64,000 nt of DNA, taken from contig NC_087246.1 of assembly GCF_037042905.1 (NCBI RefSeq), forward strand, positions 50,220,001-50,284,000, in the 5' to 3' direction. This DNA comes from Lytechinus pictus (lineage: Eukaryota). A model generated the notes under the pieces. It ran no database searches, was not told the DNA's origin, and worked only from the letters and a program-made list of their open reading frames with translations. The position numbers and the translations under genes were made by a program. This document shows, in pieces, positions 38,445-49,600 of this stretch (position 1 is its first letter; each line of letters begins with the position of its first letter).

Positions 38445-38892
38445 CAGGGGCATGGGAACTATTTTTTAATAAGGGGTGCTGGGGCCCGTTTCAGAAAGAG
38501 TTGCAATCAATCGCAACTTTAAAAATCATGCGCGACTTGATTTTCAGCCAATCAACAGCGCGCATTTGGGACTTGCGATTGATTTTTTGACTTGCGTTTA
38601 AACGCAACTCTTTCTGCAACGGACCCCAGGTTTGGTAAAAAAAATTGACAACCCCCACAAATGGGTTTGTGCTCCAAAAAAAGAAGGTAATATTGGTTTT
38701 AAAAAACATTGAAAAGCAAAAAAAAAGTTTTCCCTCCAAAATGAAAGTGATTTTTGTATTTTTTGTTGTTGACATTTTGGCATAAGCACCTGATTTCCCG
38801 GGGGTGCTGTCTATGGTGTATAACATACGCAGCACCCCCAGAAAGTTCTTAAGGTGTTTAAGAAACACCAAGCTCCGCTTCCCAGGACCATG
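38445..38892. mobile_element. hAT-like MITE with nested CWG MITE (38479-38629)
   Basis: Exact 8-bp TSD CATTAGTG; termini CAGGGGCATGGGAA / TTCCCAGGACCATG. Confidence 0.82.
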
Positions 38893-39317
38893 CATTAGTG
38901 TATGTCATTTTTATCTGTTGTATCCTTGCCGATCATAATACGAACATTGTTTCTGGATCACCTGTACAATCGAAGATTTCCATTTAGATTAAGTTCCGCA
39001 ACTTGCATAATTCCTATGGCATTTACCTATTTGAATTATATTATATTTAACGTTCACATTTCAAGTTTAATTTATTATGATATTCATGTTTAATTTATTG
39101 TAATTGGATGCTAAAAAACTGTGGAGAAGTATATAAAAATCAAGACGAAAATTAAAAATATTAATAAAATAACCAAAGGTGAGCTGACAGTCACCAAAGT
39201 ATCTGCATCGAGACATGTGACGACTTACTTGTCATCTAGAGGCATGATATGTGCGTGGTGGCGTTGACACGGGCGATATGAGGTGCCCCACCCCACCCCT
39301 TCCTGGCTTTTATCCTG

Positions 39318-39498
39318 GGGGCCGTTTCATAAAGCTGTTCGTAAGTTAAGAGCGACTGTAAGAACGACTGGTGATCCTTTCTTACGCTCTAAACCATCGC
39401 CAATGAACATTTTGGTGTACACCATTTAACAAAAGAAAGGATCACCAGTCATTCTTAAAGTTGCTCTTAACTTACGAACAGCTTTATGAAACACCCAC
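39318..39498. mobile_element. CWG-flanked palindromic MITE
   Basis: CTG|GGGGCCGTTTCATAAAGCTGTTCGTAAGTTAAGAGC ... GCTCTTAACTTACGAACAGCTTTATGAAACACCCAC|CTG. Confidence 0.88.
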
Positions 39499-40439
39499 CT
39501 GGTATTGAATCCACATCTCAACACCACCATAAGCCCAAGGAAAAAGCCAGTGATCAGGTAACATAATGTGTTGGTGCAACAATGGCTTCGGGCAACTGTT
39601 TCTGAAGACAAACGGGGTGAAAGAGGGAAGTAGGTCTAATTTGTCTGGACGCCCTGAAATAATGACCCATTGACAAATGACTTTAAAACATGTATACATC
39701 CTTGGTAGAGACAATGAAATGCGTCGGATGTTGCCCCAGAAGCCCTGCTCGTTTTCTGTTTCTCGTGATATTTTCGTTTGACGCTGATCCAATGCTATAT
39801 ATCATACAAGAAAGCTCATGTTAGATTTAACAGGGAATTTGACCGGGAGGGGGCCAATATAGGTACCTGAAAAGAGCATAAGCCAAGAATGGGAGTTACT
39901 AGAATGATTAAGGTCAATATCCTCCAATAAGTTGATTTTGACATATGCAAAAAAAAAAGAGTCAAGCTTATCTGGATTATATTTTTTAGGAAAGTAGATT
40001 CGGAAGAAATTGAAACAATGATGAGGAAATAATTCGTTTGATTAGAGTTCCTCTTTTCTTTCTTACCTTTTCGTCACCACCCTTTACTTACATACCATTT
40101 TCTCGTCTCTTCGTCACATTTCGTAATGTCTTGTCACCTTTCTATCGCCTCTTTTAGTCACTTTTAGTCCCCTTTTCGTCACCTTTTCGACAACCTTTTA
40201 CCACCATCCGTTACTATGTCACCGTCGCCATTTTGACATTACCTCTAAAACCCACTGAACACAATATGCACTTGGTTATACATAAACACCCGTTTTCTCT
40301 TTGCAGAAAATCACATTAAGGTCAATGTAAAACAGATTTTACTTTCATTCTGTCTTACCTAATTATGTTCGATGTGCCCGACCCAAAATATCTGACAGCA
40401 TATTGGCATTGGTGACCTTTCCCTCATAATGACTGTTTA

Positions 40440-41242
40440 CAGTGGCGTACCGTGGGTCACGGCATTGGGGGGGCACCAGCAAAAATTTCGAGTCACTTAG
40501 GGAGCGGGCTCAGTTGTCAGGTATACTGACCTAATATAGATATTTTAAGGACATGCAGTGCCATTAAACGGATATGTATCTCACTGATTAAATAATGCGA
40601 GCGCGAAGCGCGAGCTGAAAATTTTTGATATTCAGAGCTAAAAAGGGACATTATAAGCAAATTTTTTGTAATCATGATACGTAACTGTCTCGCTAAACAA
40701 ACAATGCTAGCGCAAAGCGCGAGCTAAAATTTTTGTATATATTGACCCTAAACAGGGAAATTTTAAGGACTATATTTTAGAATCCATTAAGAGTATAAAT
40801 ATCTCACCATAGTCATCTAATGCTAGTGCCAAGCGCTTGCTGATTTTGTTAGAATTACATCTAAACACATGAAGCAATTTTTGAAGTCATTGTAATCATG
40901 ATTATCATACGCGTCTCACTAATCAAATGCTGCAAGCGCGAAGCGCGAGCTGAAAATTTAGGAAATTCAGAACTGAAGAGGGGCATTCTAAGGCTTGTTT
41001 GTAGGAATTCACTAAGACCCTACGTATTTCACTAATGTTTCATAAGTTATAAAAACAATGCTTCTTATGTAATATAACATAATACAATATAACATTATTT
41101 CTTTCAATTATTTCTTCTTTCCCCACTACGTTTCTCTACCTTTTTCCCTCCCTTTCTCCTTTTCCCCGTTTTTTTTTGCCAGCCGATGGGGGGGGGGGGG
41201 CACGTGCCCCCCCCCATGCCCCCCCCCGTAGTTACGCCACTG
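40440..41242. mobile_element. hAT-like non-autonomous element with GCGAGCGCGAAGCGCGAGCTG subrepeats
   Basis: TIR CAGTGGCGTA / TACGCCACTG; exact 8-bp TSD ACTGTTTA. Confidence 0.9.
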
Positions 41243-43692
41243 ACTGTTTAACAAACTAGATAAGTGGACTTCAGATGATTTTGATTTGATTGTTGTCACC
41301 GATGATTCTTGCAAGACTTCGATGCTTGGATCCAATTAATGTGGAAAGCCGTCCTTGTTATAATTTTCAAAACGACCCTTGGGCTAAGATTTATTCATAA
41401 ATTGACATGAATGACATCTGACTTCTGAAATCCTCTGGGCTTGTAGCTTTGTTCATAGTAGAGAACGTGGTCATGTTTTTGACGAATCCTCATACGCTCT
41501 TGATCTAGAGCATCCCTTTTTCTTGTAAATGATAAATTCAGACACTTCGAAACCTTGACAATTACCTTTTCCCTTCAAATTTCTCATTCAAATTAAAGTC
41601 TATCGCTTATTCTTTCCTCAGAGAGGTCGAGATGTCGTGCCTTTCTTTTTTGACGAATCTTTTATTTATTTTCTTTATCCCCGCCGATGGAATTGTACCC
41701 CTACCCTGAAAATTCCTAGATCCGCCGTTGGTATGGCCCAAGCCTGGTTTAATTTACAAGTCATCGAAACTTTCAAAATATGAAGTGAGAAGTTGCTTGC
41801 AGTTTTCAAATTTTCGCCGAAAGCGGAGACCGAGATTAATCTAGACCATCTCGTTGGGTGTATTACTTTTTCATGCCCATGTTAGGCCAAGAAGGCACAT
41901 TGAAATTATTTTATATTTATCTCTTCGGACCTTGAAAAGATCTGAAGAAAAACAAATCAGTTTTAAAAAGGTTGCTATATAGTGTTTGACACTAATGTCG
42001 CCATGATGAACTTTTTGCTTTTGGGGAATTATGCTTTCTTCTGAAAACAAATATTTTATAATAGATGATTTTGTATGAATTATATTGAAAATTGATAATT
42101 TGTGAAAATGGAACAAAATAAATATTTATTTGAATTCAATTGAAAAATACAAGAAAAACTGCCATTCTATTAAATCATCTATTAATTTCAATTTTTTATT
42201 TTTCACGAATTCAAAGTATTCTTTTCTTTCTAATTGTGAAAATATTCAGCAAATAAACATACCAACCTGACCACAGTAAATAAGAAACAAAATAATTGAA
42301 TACATAATATCTTATCTCACTTTGTAATGCAATGCTCTGTTAAAAACAAGGCCAAATTAGATCACGTAAGCCTCACTTATAAAGACGAAAATATTAATTT
42401 TCGGAAGGAGGGATATGAGTAACATTGAGCAAATCGCCTTTTGAACAAGATCGGCTGACCTCTCCTGTATCCTCGGATCATAATTGCTCCAATATGAAGC
42501 ATGTCCATTAATTAAGTCTTTATTTACTACGGCGAGTAATTGAAAACAATAGGTGACAATTAAACACATCACGTGGGACTACGGTGGATTGTTTGATGAT
42601 GTCATGGGTGGATCATATCATCCAGTCCCTCGGATGATTTACTCCTTGTTGTTCTTTTTTTTTCGCTCGATGACCTAGATCACTTTAAACAGAGGACGTA
42701 ATATAGTTGTCGTCAACATCAAATTCAATTTGGGGCTAAGTAGAAGCAGGTTCTAAAAATTTACATCACTCAGGATTTAGGGCATATATCATTTTTAATA
42801 TACATCATTTAACATTGTTTAAAGTATGATTTGTGAGTTTGTCACTCTGTATTCAGTATCTGTTTCTCTTTTCTCAACCATCTCTCCCCATCTATCCCCC
42901 CCCCTGCCCTCTCTCCCTAACTTCCCCCCTCTCTCTCCGTCCTCTGTGCTTATGATTTTCTATTTCATTTCTGTCTCTGTTTTAATCTCTCTTTATTCTG
43001 CCGTTCACCTAATCCACTCTCGTATTTTTTTCCTCAAGTTTTTGTTTTCTTTTTGTCCACTGTAAAAACGATTGAGAAACGATTTTTACGCCCTACAAAC
43101 GCAACCACTCCCCTTTATCCATACATGTTGTTCAAATTTTCCAAACAGTTATTATTATATAAGAAACATTTGCGCGAACCCCCACCCCCGTCCTTCCACA
43201 TCTTGAACTTCAAAAGATAATCAGTAATCGAGTTTTGGTCTTTCCTTTTCATCGAAGGAGACGCCACATCAATTTTAAAGACCAACAGCTTCGTAATCGC
43301 TGAAAATTGTTTAGCCCTACATGACCTAAAAAACTCGAGGTCATTGGCAAGTTCATCTTTAGTAAGCAGATATATGTCCACGAATTGCTGCTCTCTTGTA
43401 ATCTGGAAGTATGACATTATGACGCCTATACCAGTAACTGTTGAACGGAGCCATGATTATTGCCGCCGTAATTAGATTGATTTACACTATTTTCTCGAAA
43501 TTTTATGACAGAATTCTAAAAGGGTTGAGACATGAATAGTGATTACCAGTAATGATTAACTAAAACTGATATTCATGTTTGTGTGAAATGAACGTCACAA
43601 CATTGTAAATTTCAACCTTTTTAAAATTCAAAAAAAAAAATCACTAAAACAAATCGCATGAGATAGAAAATATGTATGTATGTATACATATA

Positions 43693-43948
43693 CACTGTAC
43701 AATTTGTTGGTTAAAATTTTAACCAGCACGAGGGTAATTATGTGTCCAACCAATTTGGGGCAGTATTTTACCCAGTGCGGGAAGCATATTGTCCAGTAAG
43801 GTTAAAAAAGGAGCAGCAATTACTTTAGAATGGGCAAAATTTTCATCACACTGGATAAATAAAAATGCCCAAAAGAAATGCCCAATTTTGGTTGGACACA
43901 TAAGTACCCTCATGCATGGAATATTTTTACCCAATATTTTTTAAAGTG
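43693..43948. mobile_element. TA-flanked CACT...AGTG MITE
   Basis: TA|CACTGT ... AAAGTG|TA with internal inverted segments. Similar termini at ~6962-7154 and ~52943-53342. Confidence 0.55.
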
Positions 43949-46641
43949 TACAAAGGATGACGGTTAATTTGTTACATTTTCATCACATGACCCCGTTCAA
44001 TTTCTATTACTGGGAACCGTTTCATCATTTTTTCTGTCCGACAAGTTGTCAGATCTTTCCTTGATTTTGATTGGCTGAGAAGCACTGTAGCTATGGTTAC
44101 TGTCGGATAAAATGGGACTTGTCGGATACAACGTCCGACATGTCCTTTCACGAAACGATCCCCTTATATTGCGGTACCTCGAAATAAAGAAATGTCTGCA
44201 TAAATTAAAAACAATTAAAACAATATGATTATCTGGGTTAATGCCCTTTTATTCGTTATGTAACTAGTGCTTCATGATCTACAAGTATAAAACACCATGA
44301 GTTAAAAATTCAATTATTTGCATCACATACATTTACACACAACGTTGACTACCTGCACATAGATATAATTTTTGTCAATCATTTATACAATTAAACATAC
44401 TTCAAACCAAAGCGTTATCATCTGACTGGACACTGTCATTGAAATATGTCAAAGGCACGATATTTGAGGCATTTTTCAAAAATAAAATTGACTTCATTTT
44501 TAATAGGGATATCAGCAGTGCAAATCGAAATGATTGTGAGCAAATTGATAGGCATTATATTTGCTTTCATTATTATAAATCAAGATATATTTACAAATTT
44601 CATATCGTCATCATTATGTTGTAGAGATATTCCATTCATTCTTAAAGTCAGACGTAACTTTACGAACGGTTTTCTGAAACAGTCCCCCTGCCGGTAAATT
44701 GGTATTGCGAATGCAGGGAATGATAATGATCTGGGCCCCGTCTTACAAAGAGTTATGATTGATCCAATTAATCGTAAGTCTATGGAAATCCATCAGTGTC
44801 ATTATTTTTTCTACAGGAAATTTGCAAAATGTCCTTTGTATCAAAGGCAAACAAACCAAATTGTCAAGAAATCAATGAATTTGAAAATACATCATCTCCA
44901 GAAATATTTGAACAAGCATGTATTTTTAGATGTAGGCATTGCTGGCTTTCCATCGATGCAGGTGCATGATGGTACTGAAAATGACCCTCCCTAATATATT
45001 TGAAAGGTATCTTTAATATCTGCATTACGTCATACAACAAGATGTCATGTCAAACAGTTATAACAGATGACAGTTCGACAACCGGAACTGTTTGAAAAGT
45101 TCCATCGTAATAACATCACTTAAATCCATGTAGAACAATATATCACTTTAGGAGTCAGATATAGTGCAACGCTCGTGAGCATGCGCGGCGAATTCGTGAG
45201 ATTTTTGGTCCATCCCGATTGTCGTCGCACATGCTCGTAAAGTAAAGCCTTTACAAATATACAAACAAACAGTTGATTTCTACCCGTTATTAGTCCAAGG
45301 CAATAATGGTATCTCGACAATTAAAATGGGTTCGTTAGATTAGGTGATTAATTTGCATCAAATTTTCTAAAATATATGCTTTAATAGGCCGTCTTTCATT
45401 CTACTCTTCTAGCTGGTACTTGTTTCTTTCAATATCAAAGGCCAAATTATTTCAAATTGTCCAACAAATACATGACAGAATAATCATAATTAATTAGGAA
45501 ATGTTGAATCTTCATATTTTCATGTAAAAAATGAAATGTAATAAATTCTCCGTCAGTCCACATTGATTTCTTTTGCTCATTATACCGTTGCTAAAGAGTA
45601 CACATAAAATAATAAACGATTTGGAACTAATGTATGAGGCATTTTGTATGGTTAACACATCATCAACTGTGGGTACTGTGCGCAATGTCTTCGTGTTGTT
45701 TTTCCGATATCTTAACCTGATTTCGCTCAATTGAACTTCGACATTATATTCAGAGTCTTCTCACGTAGTATCCAGGCCAAAATGCACCTGGCCCTTAGAA
45801 TTCACCTCTCTGAACGTTATCATTTTACAGGCCGAGGCTGCCATGATTAGACAGATCCCTGGTCGTGCCTATCTGCTCCTTCGCGATATGCTGTCTTTTC
45901 CTATTCGTCTTCAAGAAGTCTGTGATTCAGCGAGCGACCGCAACTCCGTCATCGTCACCATCGGAGCTAATTTGATCAAGGAATCCTTTTGCCTTGTGTA
46001 ATTTGAAGATCACCTTGTCTCCAACCGTTAGTAAACCACAGGGATGATCCGTGAAGACGCAGGATGTACATCGACCCAGAACTGCTCCGAATTCACCGCA
46101 TCCTTGATCGCATCCTCTCCTGTTGGCTCAGTGGTCAGTGGCAGAGATGTGTATGCTCGTACCAAACGCAGAAGAGTCTAGAGTTCGAAACTCATTCGAT
46201 GCGCTCTTCAACACAATAGCCAACTTAAGCTTAACGTATTCATTGATTTCCAGTAATAAGAAACATATCGATATATACAAATGCCTACATATAAAGGTAC
46301 AAATCGCAAAAAAAGGAAATGTTCCTCGAATGCATTAATCCTTGCTAAAAAAATCTGGATTCCTTGATAATGACGCAAAGTTCCGACTGGCATGCCGTCT
46401 ATGTCGGAGTAAGATAAGAGATGCAGAGATCAGAGGTTCGAACTTCGATGTCTTCGCATCGTTCAGCACCCGCTCATCCAGTGCCCTCGTTGCAATGCCC
46501 ACTCGATGGGATTAAAGCTATATGTCCCCTTTCAGGTCCACCATATCCCATGTAAAACAAGAACTACACCATTAAGCAGTTAGGTAAATCAAATGGCCAA
46601 TACGTCTTCTTGTTCATGAAACGTCCTTTGCATAGAGCCCG

Positions 46642-49600
46642 TTATTTCAGTGGCTCTTTCTTGGTGGAGTGGTTGTTTCCGCTGACAATGTGTGTCATCT
46701 GTTTGTTGGAGATGATCCTGCGGAGAAATTGGGCTGGTTGGTCGATATCTGTGAAGCGACATTGGATGATGCATCGGATAACATCTGCAACGATAATGAT
46801 AAAAAAATAAAGACAATGAAAATTAATTAATGCTCACCCTGATTTTGATTTTAAAGATATCATTGATTGCATCTGGGTCGGAATTGTAATGACGATGAAT
46901 TTCCTCAACAGCATGCATGGTCAAGAAAAGAGTATGGATATGCATGTACTCTCTTATATGCATGTGTGGGGATACAATCGGCAGCGTACAGATGGGGGAT
47001 TTGGGCGCCCCCCCCCCCCACGACCAATTAAAAGAAAAGGAAAGGAAAGAGAGAAGGGTGAATTTTTGATATTATATTCTGAATATTTTTATGTAAAAAT
47101 ATATCACAAAAAATGATTTTTTGTAATAAAAATGTCCTTTCTTTAAATAAATTTTGCCCGATACGCCATATCTGGCCCCCTCAAAGTTGTTGGCTTAGTA
47201 CGCCACTGGATACATTCTTTTGTAAACGTGTGTTGATTAGATATTATCATGTATGAAGGGGGGGGGGGGGGTCGACTTGTTATGTAAAGCATGGCATCAC
47301 GCGTTCAAATAAAATTGTCAATTACCTGTGAATAAAATCATGACGTATAAGATTTAAATTTTTTGTTATTTAAACAATATTTCAATAGGGTGCCCTTTCA
47401 GCAAAAGCTGGTATCAAAAGGGGCCCTAAAAGCATAAAAGCATAAAAATTAAAATAAAAGATTCGATTAGCGATGCTAAGGAATCAATCATCTCATAATA
47501 GTCATAGGATTGGACATTAAACTTGTCAATAAAAATCAATTATCTTTGACATGATTGATGCTAAAAACATGGTCAATTAAGTCATAACAGTGTTCTCAAT
47601 GAGTCATGGGAGTTTAACCTACATCGTTAATGATCTATAACCCGAAAAATTGTTTCGTCACGGGGAATTGCAGGGGATTACAGCTAGAAATGACCCCTAT
47701 CGAAATGTTGCTTCAGGAAATTTTGTCTGGTTCATAAGGTCCGAGAGGGGGACACGAGGGACCCGAAGGGGTCTCGAGGCAGAAGAGAGCTAGAGAGGGG
47801 TCATGGCTGAAGTGATATTGAGATGACCACCTCTAGAGTCTAAGAATTGTTCTTGAAAAACACCTAATTAGTCAAGACTTTTATCTATGAAGCGCAATTC
47901 CTCTTTCGTTTGGACTACAAGGAGGGGCATCCGATTGTTCCGATCTCCGAATGAAGTACAATTCCTTCATTTGATTTTAAATACAAGGAATGGTATCTTA
48001 TTTTCTTGAAGAAAAATCATTGTTTTACCTCCGATCTATTTGAGGAATACCCCAACTCGATCATGCCGGTGAACGCACATGCCCCTTTTTATCTCGAAGC
48101 GAGAGAGCGAAGCAATATCTGATTGTGGGAGGTAATAATAATTTATGTTGGTCTGATTAGCCCTCTGTAGATTCTGATAGCTCAGATGATGACCATATCA
48201 ACAGAATTTTTGCCAAATTGGCTTTGGGGTCGCGAATAACCTAAATAAATTTAGATTCCTCTTTTGATTCAAGAACTTCTTCTGCCTGGCTAATCAGAAT
48301 TTGTTTTAGTTAACGATAAAAAGGAAACGTCAAACAGTGAGACAAATGGAAATGGCACTTTTCGGAAATAAGTCTGATTGCAGGGTGACTGCAATGAATA
48401 AGTGTGTTTTGTCTTGCTTTGAAATCAATACTAAATGGAACTAACTAATTAAGTGGATGGGAGTGGCGAGGAGTGTTCTTAAGACTCTTGTCTTTTCTTC
48501 TGTTACCGAGATGATACAAATCAAAACAAAACGAATTTCATACTTCGCCAAGATATATCCAGGGCAAGGAGTTTCCCAGGCCGTTATGGTCAAGATTTCA
48601 GAGTGGACCCTCCTTTTTTGCAAACTAAAACAGAGCATTTTTTAGCAGACAGCAACCATCTCATCCTTCTTTACTTCCCCTATGCGTCTTCCAATATTGG
48701 GATTTCCTTACAAGACGTTGACCCTTTATACACTCTCTGTGACCTGACGCACTATGATGCGTTCGCACTGTGCTGGCATTCGGGAATTCTCAAACCGATT
48801 TGACAATTTTGTTTCAAGTACGTGTAGCGCATCCCTATGATCCAGTCACACCACGAAGCCGACTCCATACCGATTATCTCCAATGACATATCATCGGTCG
48901 GTTTGTAGTCGGGGTTACTGGTCAGGTGTGACTGCGTCATCATTATTCTTGGCTCGCTTTGGCCTCTAACATGTCTAAGTTGGAGAAAGTATACAGCGTG
49001 CTCCCACTGCGGGTTGCACAGACACTGTGACACTTAGGATTCATTATTGAATCACTTGGAAATAGGGAGGTTGGCACGTTTCCACTGCTTGGTGTGCAGC
49101 CGTGTGACGCATCTTCTGCTGGTGCATGATGATGCCATACAGCCTCACCAACGAAACCGACTCCAAACCGATTGATGGTATGACACTGGTAACAACGTAC
49201 AAAACTCTGGTCGGTCTCGAGTCGGTTTCGCCTGTGTGACCGGCCATAAACTGTAAGTACCGAGGTATCCGTTTCAAGGCGGATACACGGGTACACCTGC
49301 ACGCGCAGACCACTAGTTGTAAACTTTCTCAGACATTCTGGATTAAAAGAAAATGTAAACATGCTTCCTTACTCAAGACCGTCGACATCTTAGATGAACT
49401 GATATACACCCTTTCCTTCCCCTTCAAACGCCCGCTGTATTCTTTGTATCATTTTCCATAATCAATTGTTTATTTTTTTTTCTTGTTCACCTCTAAATAA
49501 TACTGCTGACATCATTTTAAAAATCGTATACTGATTCGTTTTGGTGATGTGTTGTTCTTTTTGTTTTAAGTAGGCGGTCACAAATCACACCCTATCCTAT

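Noticed and set aside
48700-49340. Telomerase RNA or hammerhead ribozyme as the identity of the structured tract
   Set aside because: No CTAACCCTAA-type template is present. ATGATGA...GAAAC lacks the CTGANGA core and a helix II.
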